From Octopus vulgaris (taxonomy: Eukaryota): a DNA stretch of 64,000 nt. Below are positions 23,190 to 37,199 of this stretch, piece by piece. Location of the stretch: assembly GCA_951406725.2 (NCBI GenBank), contig OX597832.1:69812001-69876000 (forward strand), read 5' to 3'. Position numbers and translations under genes: made by a program. The first letter of the stretch is position 1, and every line of letters starts with the position of its first letter. The notes under the pieces are model-generated. The model saw only the letters and a program-made list of their open reading frames with translations, did not search any database and was not told where the DNA came from.

Positions 23190-25200
23190 TAGATGAAATC
23201 CAAGACAGGTTAAGAAATATAGAAGGCCAAGCAGACATAAAGATAACTACAGAAATGACAAAAAGGCAGTTAAGAAAATTCCCAAAATGGAAGAGTCTAG
23301 AACAGGACAGGGTCCAAGTTTATTGGATGGAGAAACTGAGAGGGGTCCCTGAAAAGATAGCGAAACAATTAAATGAGTGTTTTCAGGAAGATGCAGTACC
23401 CAGCTGGATGACAAAGGGTAAGACATTGTTATGTGCCAAGGATCTTGGAAAGGGAAGTGCTGCATCCAACTTTCGACCAATAACGTGATTTCCGCTAATG
23501 TGGAAACTAATGTCAGGTGCTTTGGCCTGTGAACTGTATAAATAATTAGAAAAATGTGGGCTACTACGTATTAAACAGAAAGGGTACCGAAAGAGGAGCC
23601 GGAGAACGAAGGATTAGCACTTGATAATCTAATTATTACAAACTGCAAGACAAGACACACAAACCTGAGCATGGCATGGGTTGACTATCGGAAAGCATAG
23701 GATATGATAACACACTCCTTGATAAGAAGAACAATGGAAATGAATGGAGTATCAGAAAATGAGAATCCTTATATGAAACAGCATGAAATGCTGGAGAACA
23801 GAATTGGCAGCTGGGAATCAAGTATTAGAAGAGGAATCTTCCAGGTGGACAGTGTGTCCCCATTGATATTCTTGCTAGAAATAACCCCCTTGAGTGAAAT
23901 ACAACGGAAAACAAAGTTGGAGTATGATCTGGGAAGACCTAAGGGAAAACTGAACCACTTGCTATTCATGGACGACCTGAAGCTATTCAGAAAAACTGAG
24001 GCAGAACCGGACAGCCTAGTCCAGTCTGTGCGGAATTTCCCCAATGATAATAAGACGGAGTTTGAGTTCTCAAAATGTGTTAAGATAGTGATGAGATGAA
24101 GTAAGCTTATCAGGACAGAAGTCATAGGTTTGCCAAGTGGTGAGATGATGAAGGCAATTCAATCTCAATCCAGCTATAAACATCTGGGAATACTTGAGAC
24201 AGAAGGAAGAAGTAGAAAAAGGACACGATGAAGAATTAATCAACAAGGGACTACCCAATCAATTCCATGTAGCTACTACTGAAAATGCTGGAAAAATAGG
24301 TGGGATTGGCTGAAGAAAGGAACTCTAAAAAAAAAAGTGACCGAGAGCACTATACTGGCTGTTGAAGACCAAACTTTGGCCACGAACTGAAGGGTCAAGC
24401 TTTGGGATGAGAAAGTATCTCCGCTGGGCTGCATCTGTAATATAGTGAATGAAACCATTGCCAATATCACAAACAAATGTCCTAGACTTGTCCAAAACCA
24501 CTACAAGTTGTGCCCAAATGATAGGTTGCGAAAGTGCTACATTGGAAACTGTGCAAAAAGTGTGGGCTACAGAGCGGCAAGACCAGGTATGAACAGAAAC
24601 CACAGGGAGTGGCGGAATTGGAGAATAGCAAAATCTTCTGGGACTTCCCAATCTCAACAGATCTGGTGCTAGATACTAACAGAGCAGATTTAGGTTCGTC
24701 GACAGGATGCACCAGATGTGCTACATAGTTGAAATTGCATGTCCCTTTAACCCATGAATAGTCAAGAAGGAAGACGACACAACAGATAGATACAACGCTC
24801 TTAAGTATGAAATAGTGCGGCTATGGAAAATAATGAAGGTGAATATCGTACCATTTATTTTTGGGTCCTTGAGAACACATCGGAAGGCATCAAGAGGAAT
24901 ATAAAGGAAACTGGAAAAGAGTGCCCAGTAGAACTGTTACAAAAGGTTTGCCTCCTTAGCTCGGCCATCTGGTCCTGGGGCCTTCTAGTTGATATAGAGC
25001 AGGGGTAATCGCATGGACAGTAGACGAACTGCATAGCTGAGACCGGAAAACAAGGAAGTAGCTGAATAGATATGGGATACTGCACCCAATATGTGACACA
25101 GACATACTGTATATATCAAGGAAAAATAGGAGGAAGAGGACTGACTGGATGAGAACAGAATTAGAGCAGAAGAAAGCAACATAGTATGGTATGTGCAAAA
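23190..25200 (+). mobile_element. Degraded R4-clade LINE (RT, knuckle, RLE) with a displaced internal segment
   Basis: PSWMTKGKTLL, NFRPIT, AWVDYRKA, RRGIFQVDSVSP, NHLLFMDDLKLF, WDWLKKG, KIFWDFPISTD, ELLQKVCLL; many stops and frameshifts. Confidence 0.9.
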
Positions 25201-25227
25201 TGTCACAGAACCACTATGTTTCTGTTG

Positions 25228-25408
25228 TACCTGTATTTCAAAGGGCCAACCTTGTCACACTCTGTGTCACGCTAAATTTCTCCAGAACTACGTCAAGGGA
25301 ACACGTATTTGAGGAGTGCTCAGCCGCTTGCACGTTAATTTCAGGAGCATGCTGTTCCGTTGACCGGTTCAGCTGGAACCATCGTCGTCGTAACCGACGG
25401 AGTGTAAT
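25228..25408 (+). mobile_element. SINE family C body
   Basis: cctgtatttcaaagggcc..ccttgtcacactctgtgtcac matches 40132-40270. Confidence 0.75.
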
Positions 25409-25454
25409 GACATACACACATACATGCATGTATGTACGTGTCATTTTGTTTTTG

Positions 25455-25650
25455 TACCACTACAACCGGTTGATAACCGGTGTTGATTTGTTTACGTCCC
25501 TGTAACTTAGCGATTCAGAAAAAGCGGCCAGTGGAATAAGTGACAGACTTCAAATATAAACTAGAGTCGATTTCTATAAATGAAACCTTTCATGGTGGTG
25601 CCCCAGCATGGCTGAAGTCCAGTAGGTGAAACAGGTACAATACAAAAGAT
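25455..25650 (+). mobile_element. SINE family B-related 3' half, diverged
   Basis: Reverse-complement similarity to 54690-54860. Confidence 0.65.
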
Positions 25651-25710
25651 AAATCCATAAGCATAAATCACTCAATACAATTTATTGAGTACTCTGCCCG
25701 TGAAACCGCT

Positions 25711-25768
<58 letters not shown>

Positions 25769-26192
25769 AATACATTTATACATACATATATACACAGACA
25801 GACAGACACACACACACATGTATACATATACATCCATACACACACCATTTTTCCAAAGCTGGCATTATAAATCAAGACTTAGAATGCATTCTATATCTTT
25901 ATTAATTGGATTAAAATCATCATTCCTTTTTCTATACGAAAATGACGAAGCTTATTTATCCGTTATATTAATGCTTTGCGATTAAATAAATCCACTCTCT
26001 CCAAGCAGCAGATTCTTATTTACTGGCTTTTATTAATTTTTCTTAGGCCTCAGTTTTCATTAAATACATTCGAAAATACTATTCATAATGGAATAAAGTG
26101 TTGTTTTCAGTTTGGCGTATGGTCTATCTGATGATTTTATTTTTATTTATCTGCTTACGTTTCTTTCTTTTTTTTTTTTACTTCTTTGTTAG

Positions 26193-26387
26193 AAAAATAT
26201 CAGAAAGTTGAGAAAAAGTGTGCTACATGTCGGAAATCCTGCAATTCTTCCCCTTCTCAAAAAAAAAGCGATAAACCAAAATATATAAATAAATATTTGT
26301 AAGATTTAAATGTAATTTTGACAAAATGCTGCAAAAAAGAAATGGAATCTTATCAACGGCTTACTTGTTTGGTGTTGACAATACAAT
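26193..26387 (+). other. Candidate plus-strand exon, mostly non-coding, possible ATG at 26326
   Basis: Strong polypyrimidine acceptor ...ttacttctttgttag and GTAAGT donor at 26388. Confidence 0.35.
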
Positions 26388-27526
26388 GTAAGTGTATTTA
26401 ATATCTAGAGCAGTGTGTGCATCTGTAAGCACTCGCATCGGAATAAGGAGAAATCTTTATGGAAGAAATATACAGATGATGACCAGATATTAAGGAATTG
26501 ATTTGTAGCCCTTCTGATTTGCATTGTGTTGTGTTGTGTGTAAAATAATATATACATTTAATTAATGACGAACCAATGATAGAAGAAATATGCTAATCAA
26601 GATATCCACTGGAGTAATAACTTACGTTCTCATTGCTTTATATCAGAATTCAATATCTTAAGCTATCGATTGGAGAAGGAAATCAGGTACATCAACACTG
26701 AGTAACGCTCAACAAATTCCCAGTTGATCCGTTAGGTGTATCCCACACGCTTTTATACATCAAAAGGCATAGACGTGATCTAAATCAGTTGAGTGTTGCA
26801 CGAGAAGCTGGAGACCCAAATTTCTAAAGATAAAATGCTAATGCTACTAAAGCCAGGTATGGCCACCACGCGAATTAAAATTTAAAAAACGGCTCTATAA
26901 AATTTCTTTAAAAATGTCTTGCATTAGTAGTTTCTTCTAAAAAGCTCCAATTCCGAGCACAACATCATCGTTCCATATAAGAAATAAATAACTTAAGAAT
27001 CAATGAAAAATGCCCTGATGTTTGATGAATTCGTTTATTGGGCGTTCAACAGGCACAGATGCTAAACAGAAAGCTTTGCTGTAATTGTTCCGATGCTGTA
27101 CATTCTGAGTTCAAATGCCACCGAGGTCAACCTCGGCTTTTATGCTTTCGGTGGCAAACAAAACAATAATAATAATAATCCAAGGCGGTGGATTGGTGGA
27201 ATCATAAATTATGAGTTTAAATCCGGCTACAACCCCTTGGTTGGTAGACTTGAATCGTCCTCCGGGATGATATCACAATCTGGGCACCTCAGAAGACTTT
27301 AGCAGAATCGACTGTGTTGCAAGTATTCGAGACAGGATTTTGATTTGAAGATATATCTACACTTCCCCTTTCCTACCTCTCCTTATCCTACCCTCTTCCT
27401 CTTCTCTTCCTCTCCCCATTCTCTTCTCTTACCCTCACCTTTCTCTCCCTTTCTTGTTGCATGCTTCAGAAACCCTCTCGTCGCTATTTCACAATATATT
27501 CCCTCCTCATTAAAACTCAAAAACAT

Positions 27527-27800
27527 GGATATGTGGTTAAGGAGCTCACATTTTAACTGTCTGGTCTCAGGTTTAATCCTATTGCATATTCCCTTGGTTA
27601 AGTGTCAACCATTATGGCCCCAGTGCAACCAATGCGTTGTGAGTGAATTCCTTAGACTTGGAAACCTTTAACTTAGTGGTTTAGCAAAAGCTGTTGATTG
27701 AATAAGTACCAGACTTAAAGAAAATAAGTATTGGGATCGAATTGTTCGATTAAAGGCGCTGCCCCCGCATGGCCGCTGTTCAGCGGCTGAAACAAGTAAA
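27527..27800 (+). mobile_element. SINE family B, diverged and internally deleted
   Basis: gtggttaag...gtgagtgaatt...cttagtggtttagcaaaag...gaataagtac...gcatggccgc...gctgaaacaagtaaa. Confidence 0.7.
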
Positions 27801-30800
27801 GGAAAACATTGATAAAAACACACTTGCTGACATTATCATATATAATCTTGTTCAAACTTCTATGTTCGAAACTCGGTGCAGAATAACGCCGGTGATGAGA
27901 GCAAGGCTCTTTTCTCTTCTGTACACCACACATTTTCAAAGTGATTAAAGTGCCGAAATCGTGCACACAACATAGATTAAAAGATATAGAAGTCACAAAG
28001 GTCTCCGGCGATTATCTCGAACACATATCTATTTACTCTCTCTCTCTCCCCTCTCTCTCTCTCTCTCTCTCTCTCTTGCTCCTTCGCCTTTTTGTGAAAC
28101 ACACATTAAACAACATTGTATATCTAACCGTTTACATACTATAGAACATTATCATGGAGCAAGCATACAGGACAGCTGAGACAAGGTTATTGATTCCCTG
28201 CGATATTTTCATCCTTCTACAGTAAATAGACATATATTTATAGAAGTAATATAGACTTATACGTTATCAATCTTCATCAATTCATATGTTCACCGGCCAT
28301 CTTAAATACATGTAGACATCAATCTTGTTTGAAAAGAAAAAAGAAATAAGAACATAAAAATGAAATTAAAATCGAGTTAAACCTATGGAGTACATGAATC
28401 TCTATATTTATATTCTATCCTTCTCGCTCAATCTTTGCCTTGCTTTTATCTCTCTCTCTCTCTCTCTCTCACTCTCTCGTTTACTGTTCCCCTTTCTATA
28501 TCTTTCGATCATTCAATCTCATTCCTGCTTGTATCACTGTATTCCTTCTATTTCTGTTTCTCTCTCTCTCTCTCTCTCTTTATATATATCTCTCTCTCTC
28601 TTTATCTCTCTCTCTTTATCTCTTTTCTGCTAGGATTCAAAAATATTCACCCCTCCCTCTCGCCCTCCATCTCTCTACATACATTCATATTATTACAGGA
28701 GCAACAGAATACGTGCCAACCAGCCTGGAACAAAGTATGGCTGGACTTGGGTTATTGGAGAGAGAATGTATCTCCTTATTCATAACCTTCAAATGGCCGC
28801 AATATCTGGGACATTTTAAATCTGCAAGACTTCTTTAAAATTTAAAGGCTAATAAATAAAGTAAGACAGGTGATTTCTTTCACAACCTTGCTACCAAGCA
28901 ATTAAAAAGAGAAACGCTTACACAGATGCATACGCAGAAAGCCCTTCATTGGCGTGAAGTTACAAGTCTGTAATGGACAGCTTCTAGGTTTCCTTAGGAA
29001 ATCTTGCCCAGGCCTGCTCATATCTGTGCAGATGTATGACCATCAGTGATCGACGGTGACCCTACATACAGTGACGTAACTACAGTACTTGACGCTCGGA
29101 TATCCTTTCAGTTAACAACCACATCCGTGTCTTGTCCTGATATTAAAAACATTTTGCTATACAACCAATACAGGCTTATACAACAGATCCAACGGTGCCG
29201 CCCCCATAAACGTGTTGCCTTGGGCGTACCGCCTCCCTCACAAACCCACCTCTAACTACACCACTGGTTATATATGAATAATGAAATAATTCTGATGGAA
29301 TGCTCACAACGGAATATCCGTTGATCATAGTGAGTTCAATTATAGCCGATCTGCTGTTGAATAGTACCAAAAAGAGTTTAATTTTGTTTTAACGACAAAT
29401 TATGAGAAATGAAAGAAACAAAAGCGAATCCCCGTTTCAGCATTATGAATGAGAAACTCCTTGGCTAAAGAATAAACTGTTACGTATGTGTTTCCATAAG
29501 AAAACCGTAAACGCTTATGCAAACGACCAATTATTATTTTGGACGATAAATACTTTGAAATTTTCCAACACAAGAAACACAATTCTTCTTATCGTTTAAA
29601 TGCAATGAATGCCAATGAGGTGATCAAAGTTGTTGCCATTCCTTTGAGACATCGTTTATACATTCTTCTTTTTCATGAAGTTTTCTTGGTATTAGAAGCG
29701 TTCGGTGTGAGTGTGTGTGTGTGTGTGTCACATGGGTATTCGTAATGGAATTAATACATTCTAATGAAGAAAGTCAAAAGAAAACAAAAGGAAACACAAG
29801 AGGAATAACACTGTTTGAATCATTATTTCCAATGATTGGAAATAATGATTGCTGTGGATGGTCGATTAAGCAAACCGATTGGTTAACGGGAGCGGCGTGG
29901 GAAGCGGCACGGAGGTCAACTGTTTGTAGTGTCTGATGATGATGATGCTGCCATAGCCGCTCCAGCTGCTACTGCTGTTGTACCCTCGCTTACTGCTACT
30001 GCATAGCTGCTGCTGCTGCTGCTACTACTACTACTTCTGCTGCCTAACCTGCCTCTACTGTTGCTGCTATTTCTACTGCTCCTTCTACTTTTCTTATTCG
30101 TTTAGGCACAAGTGAGCTTTGATCAAATAAACCAATGATCGAACGTTCTCCATCTATGACCATCCAGTCTTTTCATTCTAGATGTTGTCTGCCAATTCAT
30201 TTTGTTTCAGTTAAAGGTATGCGAATAGATGAACATTTCGATGGTAATTCTTGCAAGGTGAGCGAATGCGTAGAAGCTTAATTCGTTTCTTACTGTCTTT
30301 TGTTGATTATCCTTAATTTCAACCTTAATTGACTAAAAATGGGGCAACATGACGTTACAGGCGTGACTATAACACATTTTGTTTGTAATGTGTTGTGCAT
30401 CAATAAGACCAGTATCCGATATCCGATTCATAATTCTGTTTCAAGGAGGGTGATTTGGCTGCAATTAATTATTACTTCTATTCCTTCCTCACTAGAGCAG
30501 CGTCCCTCTGGAATATTGTCACTGTTCTTGTGTTTTCGGAATTTATGTATCTGCAAGTGGTTAAACGAACTATTACCGGCCTCAAGCACAACGGTCTCAG
30601 AAGAACAACAAGAGAAGTGGGCACTGTCCCTTTCTTCTGGCTCAGCGAGTGAAGAATGAATAAGAGAATGAATAAGTGAAGAATGAATAATGAGAGAAAC
30701 CTAATGGAAACAACGACAAGATACGAATTGAACAAAACCAAAGGCTAAAACGGTAAATAGCTATGATTGTTGGAAAGGAGATACAAGAATAGGATTTGAG

Positions 30801-31189
30801 AATTGATTAGATTTAACACAAAAACGAGACTAACGAATATTTCCCTCCAGGAATTCCCGAAAACATGTAGAAAATCTGACAATAAATTTATTATACAAAA
30901 ACGCTGACTCTGACTCCCAAATGTAGACAAAATAGAATGCATAGATACGTATGGTAAAAGTAGAGATCTTTCACAACTCTTACAATTATGCCATCAATGT
31001 GAATTTTCGACGAGCGCGCGTATATGTTCGTGTGTCTATATTATGGAGCATCAATTTAAGATCGGAACATTTAAACGTAAAGTACAACACACAGTAAAGC
31101 ACAGATCCACTGGTAAACGATCTAGGGTGTCAACTGGTGTTTGGTAAGCCGTAAATCTTTGAGTACCAAAAGCTGAAGAAAACTGCAGC

Positions 31190-31560
31190 TTTGTGTAAAA
31201 CGACAAACGAATAGATTATACGGTATCGCAACAATCGTATCATTAATAGATTTTATTGCATTATAACATCCTACAAGCTGGTATGTATGAATGGAAACCT
31301 CTTTAACTCACTGCAAAACACAAAAGAGAATCGATCATATCTTCTGGCCGCGTCGTGTTGCATAAGAGCAAATACCGTCGTACCGTTGGGTTACTCTGAA
31401 AAACCAAGCAAACCAAAAGTCCAAAGACAGAAAATTGGAGCGTTAGAGGCCTATCGAAAGCGTAGATAGAGAATGTCAACATTAGAAAAAGGAGAGGCCA
31501 CACGTATAAGGAATTGTTCACCAAATATTATTGATTAGCATCAAAAAGGCAAAAAGTATT
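31190..31560 (-). repeat. Old dispersed repeat, inverted relative to 33630-34045
   Basis: Shared blocks, e.g. cgtataaggaattgttcaccaaatatta and tcgtgttgcataaga, occur as reverse complements. Confidence 0.7.
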
Positions 31561-32144
31561 TAAAAAAAGTGGCAACTCCTCTTTAAAACTTTCAATGATC
31601 GTAGGAATACCATGCAGAGTTACCGTATATCAACTACTTTCAGTGATACCGAGGGGAAGTCTTACTTAATTCCTTGAAGCATGCCACGGAAGGTATTTGC
31701 AAAGAGACCATGTATTCACTTCTATTAGCTTACATTATTAGAGTAGTTTAAGAGTTGCCTAGTGAACATATTGACTGTGCCATTCACTTTTAAATAAATT
31801 GTTTAAATAACTATAATATTTATGGATGTAACCAGTATAATTGAGACAAAATTGCCGAATATAGCATGTAAGAATTAGTTAAGGGAAATATTGCTAATTA
31901 TTATAAAGAGAAAGAAAGTAGAAATTTATTTACTCCACGCTGAAATTCTCTTCAACTTTGCAGCATACCGAACGCCAGAGGATCTCGTCGATTGTTCATA
32001 ACTGGATTTAATGTGGGGTACATCAGTTTGAAATGCCCCTATCTTAATGGATCCTCTATAATACACACACGTACGCACGTACTCATATAGATGCTTACCG
32101 CTCTCTTTTCCCTCGAAATTTTACAGTACCGGCCTAATTGTTTT

Positions 32145-32385
32145 TATTTCTTTATCGCCCACAGGGGGCTAAACATAAAGGAGACAAACAAGGACAGACA
32201 AAGGGATTAAGTCGATTACATTGACCCCAGTGCGTTATTGGTACTTAATTTATCGACGCCGAAAGGATGAAAGGCAAAGTAGACCTCGGCAGAATTTGAA
32301 CTCAGAACGTAACGGCAGACGAAATACCGCTAAGACGAAATTTCGCCCGGCATGCTAACGTTTCAGCCAGCTCACCAGCTTGCCG
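32145..32385 (-). mobile_element. tRNA-derived SINE family A, near full length
   Basis: A/B boxes and body match the other copies. Confidence 0.9.
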
Positions 32386-32989
32386 CCAACCTAATTATTA
32401 GCATTATGAAAGCTTTCTATTTGTGCCATGTCTATCTCTTCTCTTCTGGCTACGACTAGGAAGTCAGAAACAATGGACCACGAAAATGGAACCGCGAAAC
32501 CTCGAAGGTTTTTAATGAAATCATGGAAAATATAAAAGCTCTAAGTGTAAGAATGAAATAATTAGTATAGTTATGCTTCTGATAGATCGAAAAGAATTAT
32601 GCATTGAGTCTAAAGTATGAGAAAGTTCCTCGGATAGAATATCTTCTATAAATGCAATTTTGAATTCATTGATCTTTTCTTACTACATAGTTACTATTTA
32701 GATTATTTTATTAAACTTATATAATTGTTTTAACAATTAGTCTTAATTTTATTTATGCCTCATGTAATTAATAAAAGAAAAGTGTAACTATAATAAGAGT
32801 GTTTGTGGTCATAGATAATCTATTTCCTTAAGGCGACCACCGGTTCTGGTTTGCTTTCCTATTAATTACGGAAGTCTTATTTCATGGTTCCTGAATTATC
32901 GTTTCAAAAGTGTAATTCTAAAGTTCTAGCGCTATAACTAGCATGATTTCATATCTCTACTAATTAGATACAAATTATTGTTGTTGTTG

Positions 32990-33054
<65 letters not shown>

Positions 33055-33206
33055 ACTAATTATCTATGCTCGTTTGTTTGATTTTGCCCGAATCAATCAT
33101 ATTCTATTTCTCTTTAATAGTTGTTTTTTTTGTGACAGTGTCACCACAGGTACCTCTGCGATCTATTCATTCATTTTATTTTTTATTTCTTTTCTTTTCC
33201 TTATAC

Positions 33207-33266
<60 letters not shown>

Positions 33267-33629
33267 CTAATTTTCTACAATTTCCCTAGAAATCGCGACT
33301 TTATCTTTATACTAATTAGCAATATCTCTCCTAATTAACACTTGCGTACTATTTTCGGTAATCTTGTTCCATTATACCGGTTACATTCACAAATATTGTA
33401 TTTATTTAAACAATTTATTTAAAAGAGAACGGTGTAGTCAATAATTAAGGGCATCCCTTAAATTAATCTAACAAAGGGAGCTAATAAAATCGAATAGATG
33501 GTCTCTTTGTAAATACCTTCCGCCGTAAGCTTCAAAGGATTAAATAAAGCATCTAATATACGTTTACTCTGCTGGCTGTTTCTAGGATCATTGAAATTTG
33601 AAAGAGGAACTGCCATTTGTCTTCCTTGA

Positions 33630-34045
33630 TATTTCTTGACTTTTTTTATGCTAATCAGTAATATTTGGTGAACAATTCCTTATACGCGTGGCTTCTCCCT
33701 TTTCTGATGTCGACATTCCCTTACAACCTAATTGAACTATCTACGATTGTTCAACCTTCGATTAGCCTCTTACATTTCAATTTTATTTCTTCTTTTTCTG
33801 ATTGTTGGTTTTCTTCATCAGATTAGCACATGCTGTTGGGCTACGCTGTCTAATGGTGCGTCGGTATATGGTCTTATGCAACACGATGCATCCTGAAGAG
33901 TTGGGCGATTCTCTATTGTGTTTTGCAGCATCATAATAGATGTTGCACATCACACATACCACCCTGCACGATGTAACAATGCAATAAAGCCTCTTAATGA
34001 AACGATTGTAGGGAAACTGTAGAAACCATTCGGTTGTTTTTATTG
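33630..34045 (+). repeat. Old dispersed repeat, inverted relative to 31190-31560
   Basis: taatatttggtgaacaattccttatacg...tcttatgcaacacga...gattctct.ttgtgttttgcag...aatgcaataaa. Confidence 0.7.
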
Positions 34046-34803
34046 TTATATATATATATCTGTCCATGTGTGTGTATTTATGTATGCATATATGCATATA
34101 TCCATCCATACATAAACATACACCATATACGTACGCATATACAGGCTTATGTATGTTTATATTTGTGTGTTTGGACAGAGAAAGACTAAGGTTGACACAG
34201 AGAGAAACGGAGAGAAAAAAAGAGAGAAAAGGAGAAGGAGAGAGAAGGGAGGGAGGGAGAGACTGCATAAAAAAGAGAGAAGGATAGCAGACAGACAGAA
34301 AAATATCTAGATAGATGAATAGACTGATATAATTCTACGCTGTGACAGACTCGAATACTGCTATACCTGTAGACGTACACTTCAGCTAATTACGACAGTC
34401 TGTAGTCCAACGATTTAGCAACAGTCACGAAAATTTAAATCTCTCATCTGTTTTGTTGTTCCAAGCATTAACATCCAATTATGTACATTGACCAAACAGA
34501 CAGGCTATTGTATAAAACTGTATATTTAGCAAAACAGTTATAAAGCGCGAGTGTGCACAAAATTATCGAAACTGTAGTAAAATTAACTGACATTCATAGT
34601 GGCTATTGTTGACCCAACTACCCTCAACATAATCATTGAAGCAAAAAAAAAAAGAGAAAAAAAAACACCAAGCAGAAGGAGAAAAGTGGTAAAAAAAAAC
34701 AAGGAAACTTCCAAAACGGTGGCGTGTTTGAGGCAGAGCAAAATGACCAGCTTTTAAATGGCAACTGTTATGAATAACATAAAGTATATACATTCGGGTT
34801 TAT

Positions 34804-34887
<84 letters not shown>

Positions 34888-36509
34888 TTTTTCTATCTAT
34901 CTATCTATCACTATATATATATAAAGTGAGAGAGACAGAGATAAATAGATAGAAAGAAAGATAGACATAGATATAAATATACACATATATATGCATATAT
35001 ATATAAATATATATTATATAGAGGGCATTATTACACATAAATGCCTCACACTAAGAGAGGGAGAGAGAGAGGAGGGGGACAGGTAGAGAAAGAACTGATC
35101 TTACATTTCCATTGAGTCAATCTTTACATGAGGAAATAAAGTCAGCGAATGTTAAATTTGATGGTATAGAGTATATGTGAACTTTGATTTCATATAAATA
35201 TGCATATTTGGAAAGAAACTGAGAAACCTAATTGCAAGGGCCATGTTGGCAGTGTTATATCGCCTTATCGCTATACTACAGTAATAGTCAAGGACCAAAA
35301 CACTTTATTCATTTACAACATTAGTCTCTCTAGTTGTTGTTGAGATTGTGTGTATATTAATAATCTATGTTGAAGCATACATATATACATAACACACATA
35401 GACTCACACATACACAGAGATACATACACACGCGCACACTCACAAAGACACACACACACGTATATGTACATATATATAATCCCGTGATTAAAAAACAAGA
35501 AATTAATCAATAAATCTCATTTATAGTGTTAATGGAGGGAAAATGAGGTCAATACTTAAAACGGATGAAAGAGAATAGAGGTGACAACTTGGATATTTTA
35601 AATAAGTGAAATAGGAATTCTGCATAAGGAAAGAAGAATAGAACGTTTGTTTTCACAGTTGCAAATATTAATCGAAAGCTTCTAGATAGGTATGTTTTAG
35701 TCATATGAAACATCCTGAGTGAAATGATAGGATCACTCATTGAAGAAAATACCTCACTGACTGCAAATCTCAAAATATTAAAAGAAATACTAAATAAATA
35801 TTTCTAAAAGGTTTTCGTTTCCCGACCATGATATATGCAAGTAAATAAATTACATGAGCTGTCAAGTCTGTAGATCTGCACAGGGAAAAGGCAACAATTG
35901 ATTACATTGCTATGAAAGAGATAAATGTAACATCAACCACTCATGAGGTGAACTTGAAATCAACAAAGGCTGTAATGGTTTCCTATCACGTTTAATTCAT
36001 ACAAGAAATTTCAGGTAGGATCACAGCAGATATGTTTCTAGTGATTTTATGCATGCGCCATGCTTCCGAGATTTTAAAACATTCGAGATGTGGATATGGG
36101 AGAAATTTCAGAAAAACCAAATAAACAGATATTACGGAAAATGCCTTAAATAAGTGCGACGCTTTTTACGTCCATCGTTCACAAAAATCAGTCATGAAGA
36201 GATGGCAATGGAAATGGAAGGCCATAAACAATAACATTAATGGCGATGCCCCAGCATGGCCACTGTAACGGACTGAAATAAATAAAAGCAAGTGAAAGTA
36301 GCTACCTATATATATATAAAATATGTGTGTGTGCGTATATACATTTATATACACACACGTACATACATACGCACATACATATATAAATATTTATATATAT
36401 ATATATTGGTAAAAACGGTAAGATAACAAAAGAAAGAAAGATACCTCAATTTTATCTAAATAGAGGAAATTTATCTGTAAAATATTATGTGACAATTATT
36501 CAAAAGCCA

Positions 36510-36572
36510 AGATTAAACTTTGAGTTTCGGATGCCGAGGTGGAAATCCACAACACCATCTCTTCGGTTATCT
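36510..36572 (-). ncRNA. Hammerhead-like motif, variant core CCGAAGA
   Basis: Reverse complement AGAUAA CCGAAGA GAUG..GUGGA-UU-UCCAC..CAUC C GAAA CUCAAAG UU UAAUCU. Confidence 0.6.
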
Positions 36573-37136
36573 GGCCATCTGAAAAACGCTATGAAAAAAG
36601 ACCGTTATACAAAGGGAAATTACTGTTATAAGTCCGCTACTTATATAAACGCTAATTCAATGACCCTAATTAAAATAAGGTTAAAGTTCATAGTAAACAC
36701 GAAGTAAGCCTGCTCATACGCACACGTATACATCACTATGAAAACGTACACATCTTCACTCGCATTTTCCTTATGCTTTTTTTCAGTATTATTACACTTA
36801 ACCATGTCTTTTCTTGTGCTTGTGCGTATGTAGACTTATGTAATAACTTTTACGGTGCCCGCGTGTGTGTATGGGTTTGTGTATATATATGCAAATACAT
36901 TTCACGGAAAATGCGAGTGAAGATGTGTACGTTTTCATAGTGATGTATACGTACGCATGTGTGTGCGCGAGCGCACATGTATGCGTATGAGCAGACTTGC
37001 TTACGTGTTTACTATGAACTTTTAACCTTATTTTAATTAGCGGTCATTGAATTAGCGTTTATATAAGTAGCGGACTTATAACACAGTAATTTCCCTTTGT
37101 ATAACGATCTTTTTTCATAGCGTTTTTCAGATGGCC

Positions 37137-37199
37137 AGATAACCGAAGAGATGGTGTTGTGGATTTCCACCTCGGCATCCAAAACTCAGAGTTTTATCT
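37137..37199 (+). ncRNA. Hammerhead-like motif, variant core CCGAAGA (mirror copy)
   Basis: AGAUAA CCGAAGA GAUG...CAUC C AAAA CUCAGAG UU UUAUCU: 6-bp stem I and stem III ACUC/GAGU intact, but GAAA is mutated to AAAA. Confidence 0.55.
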
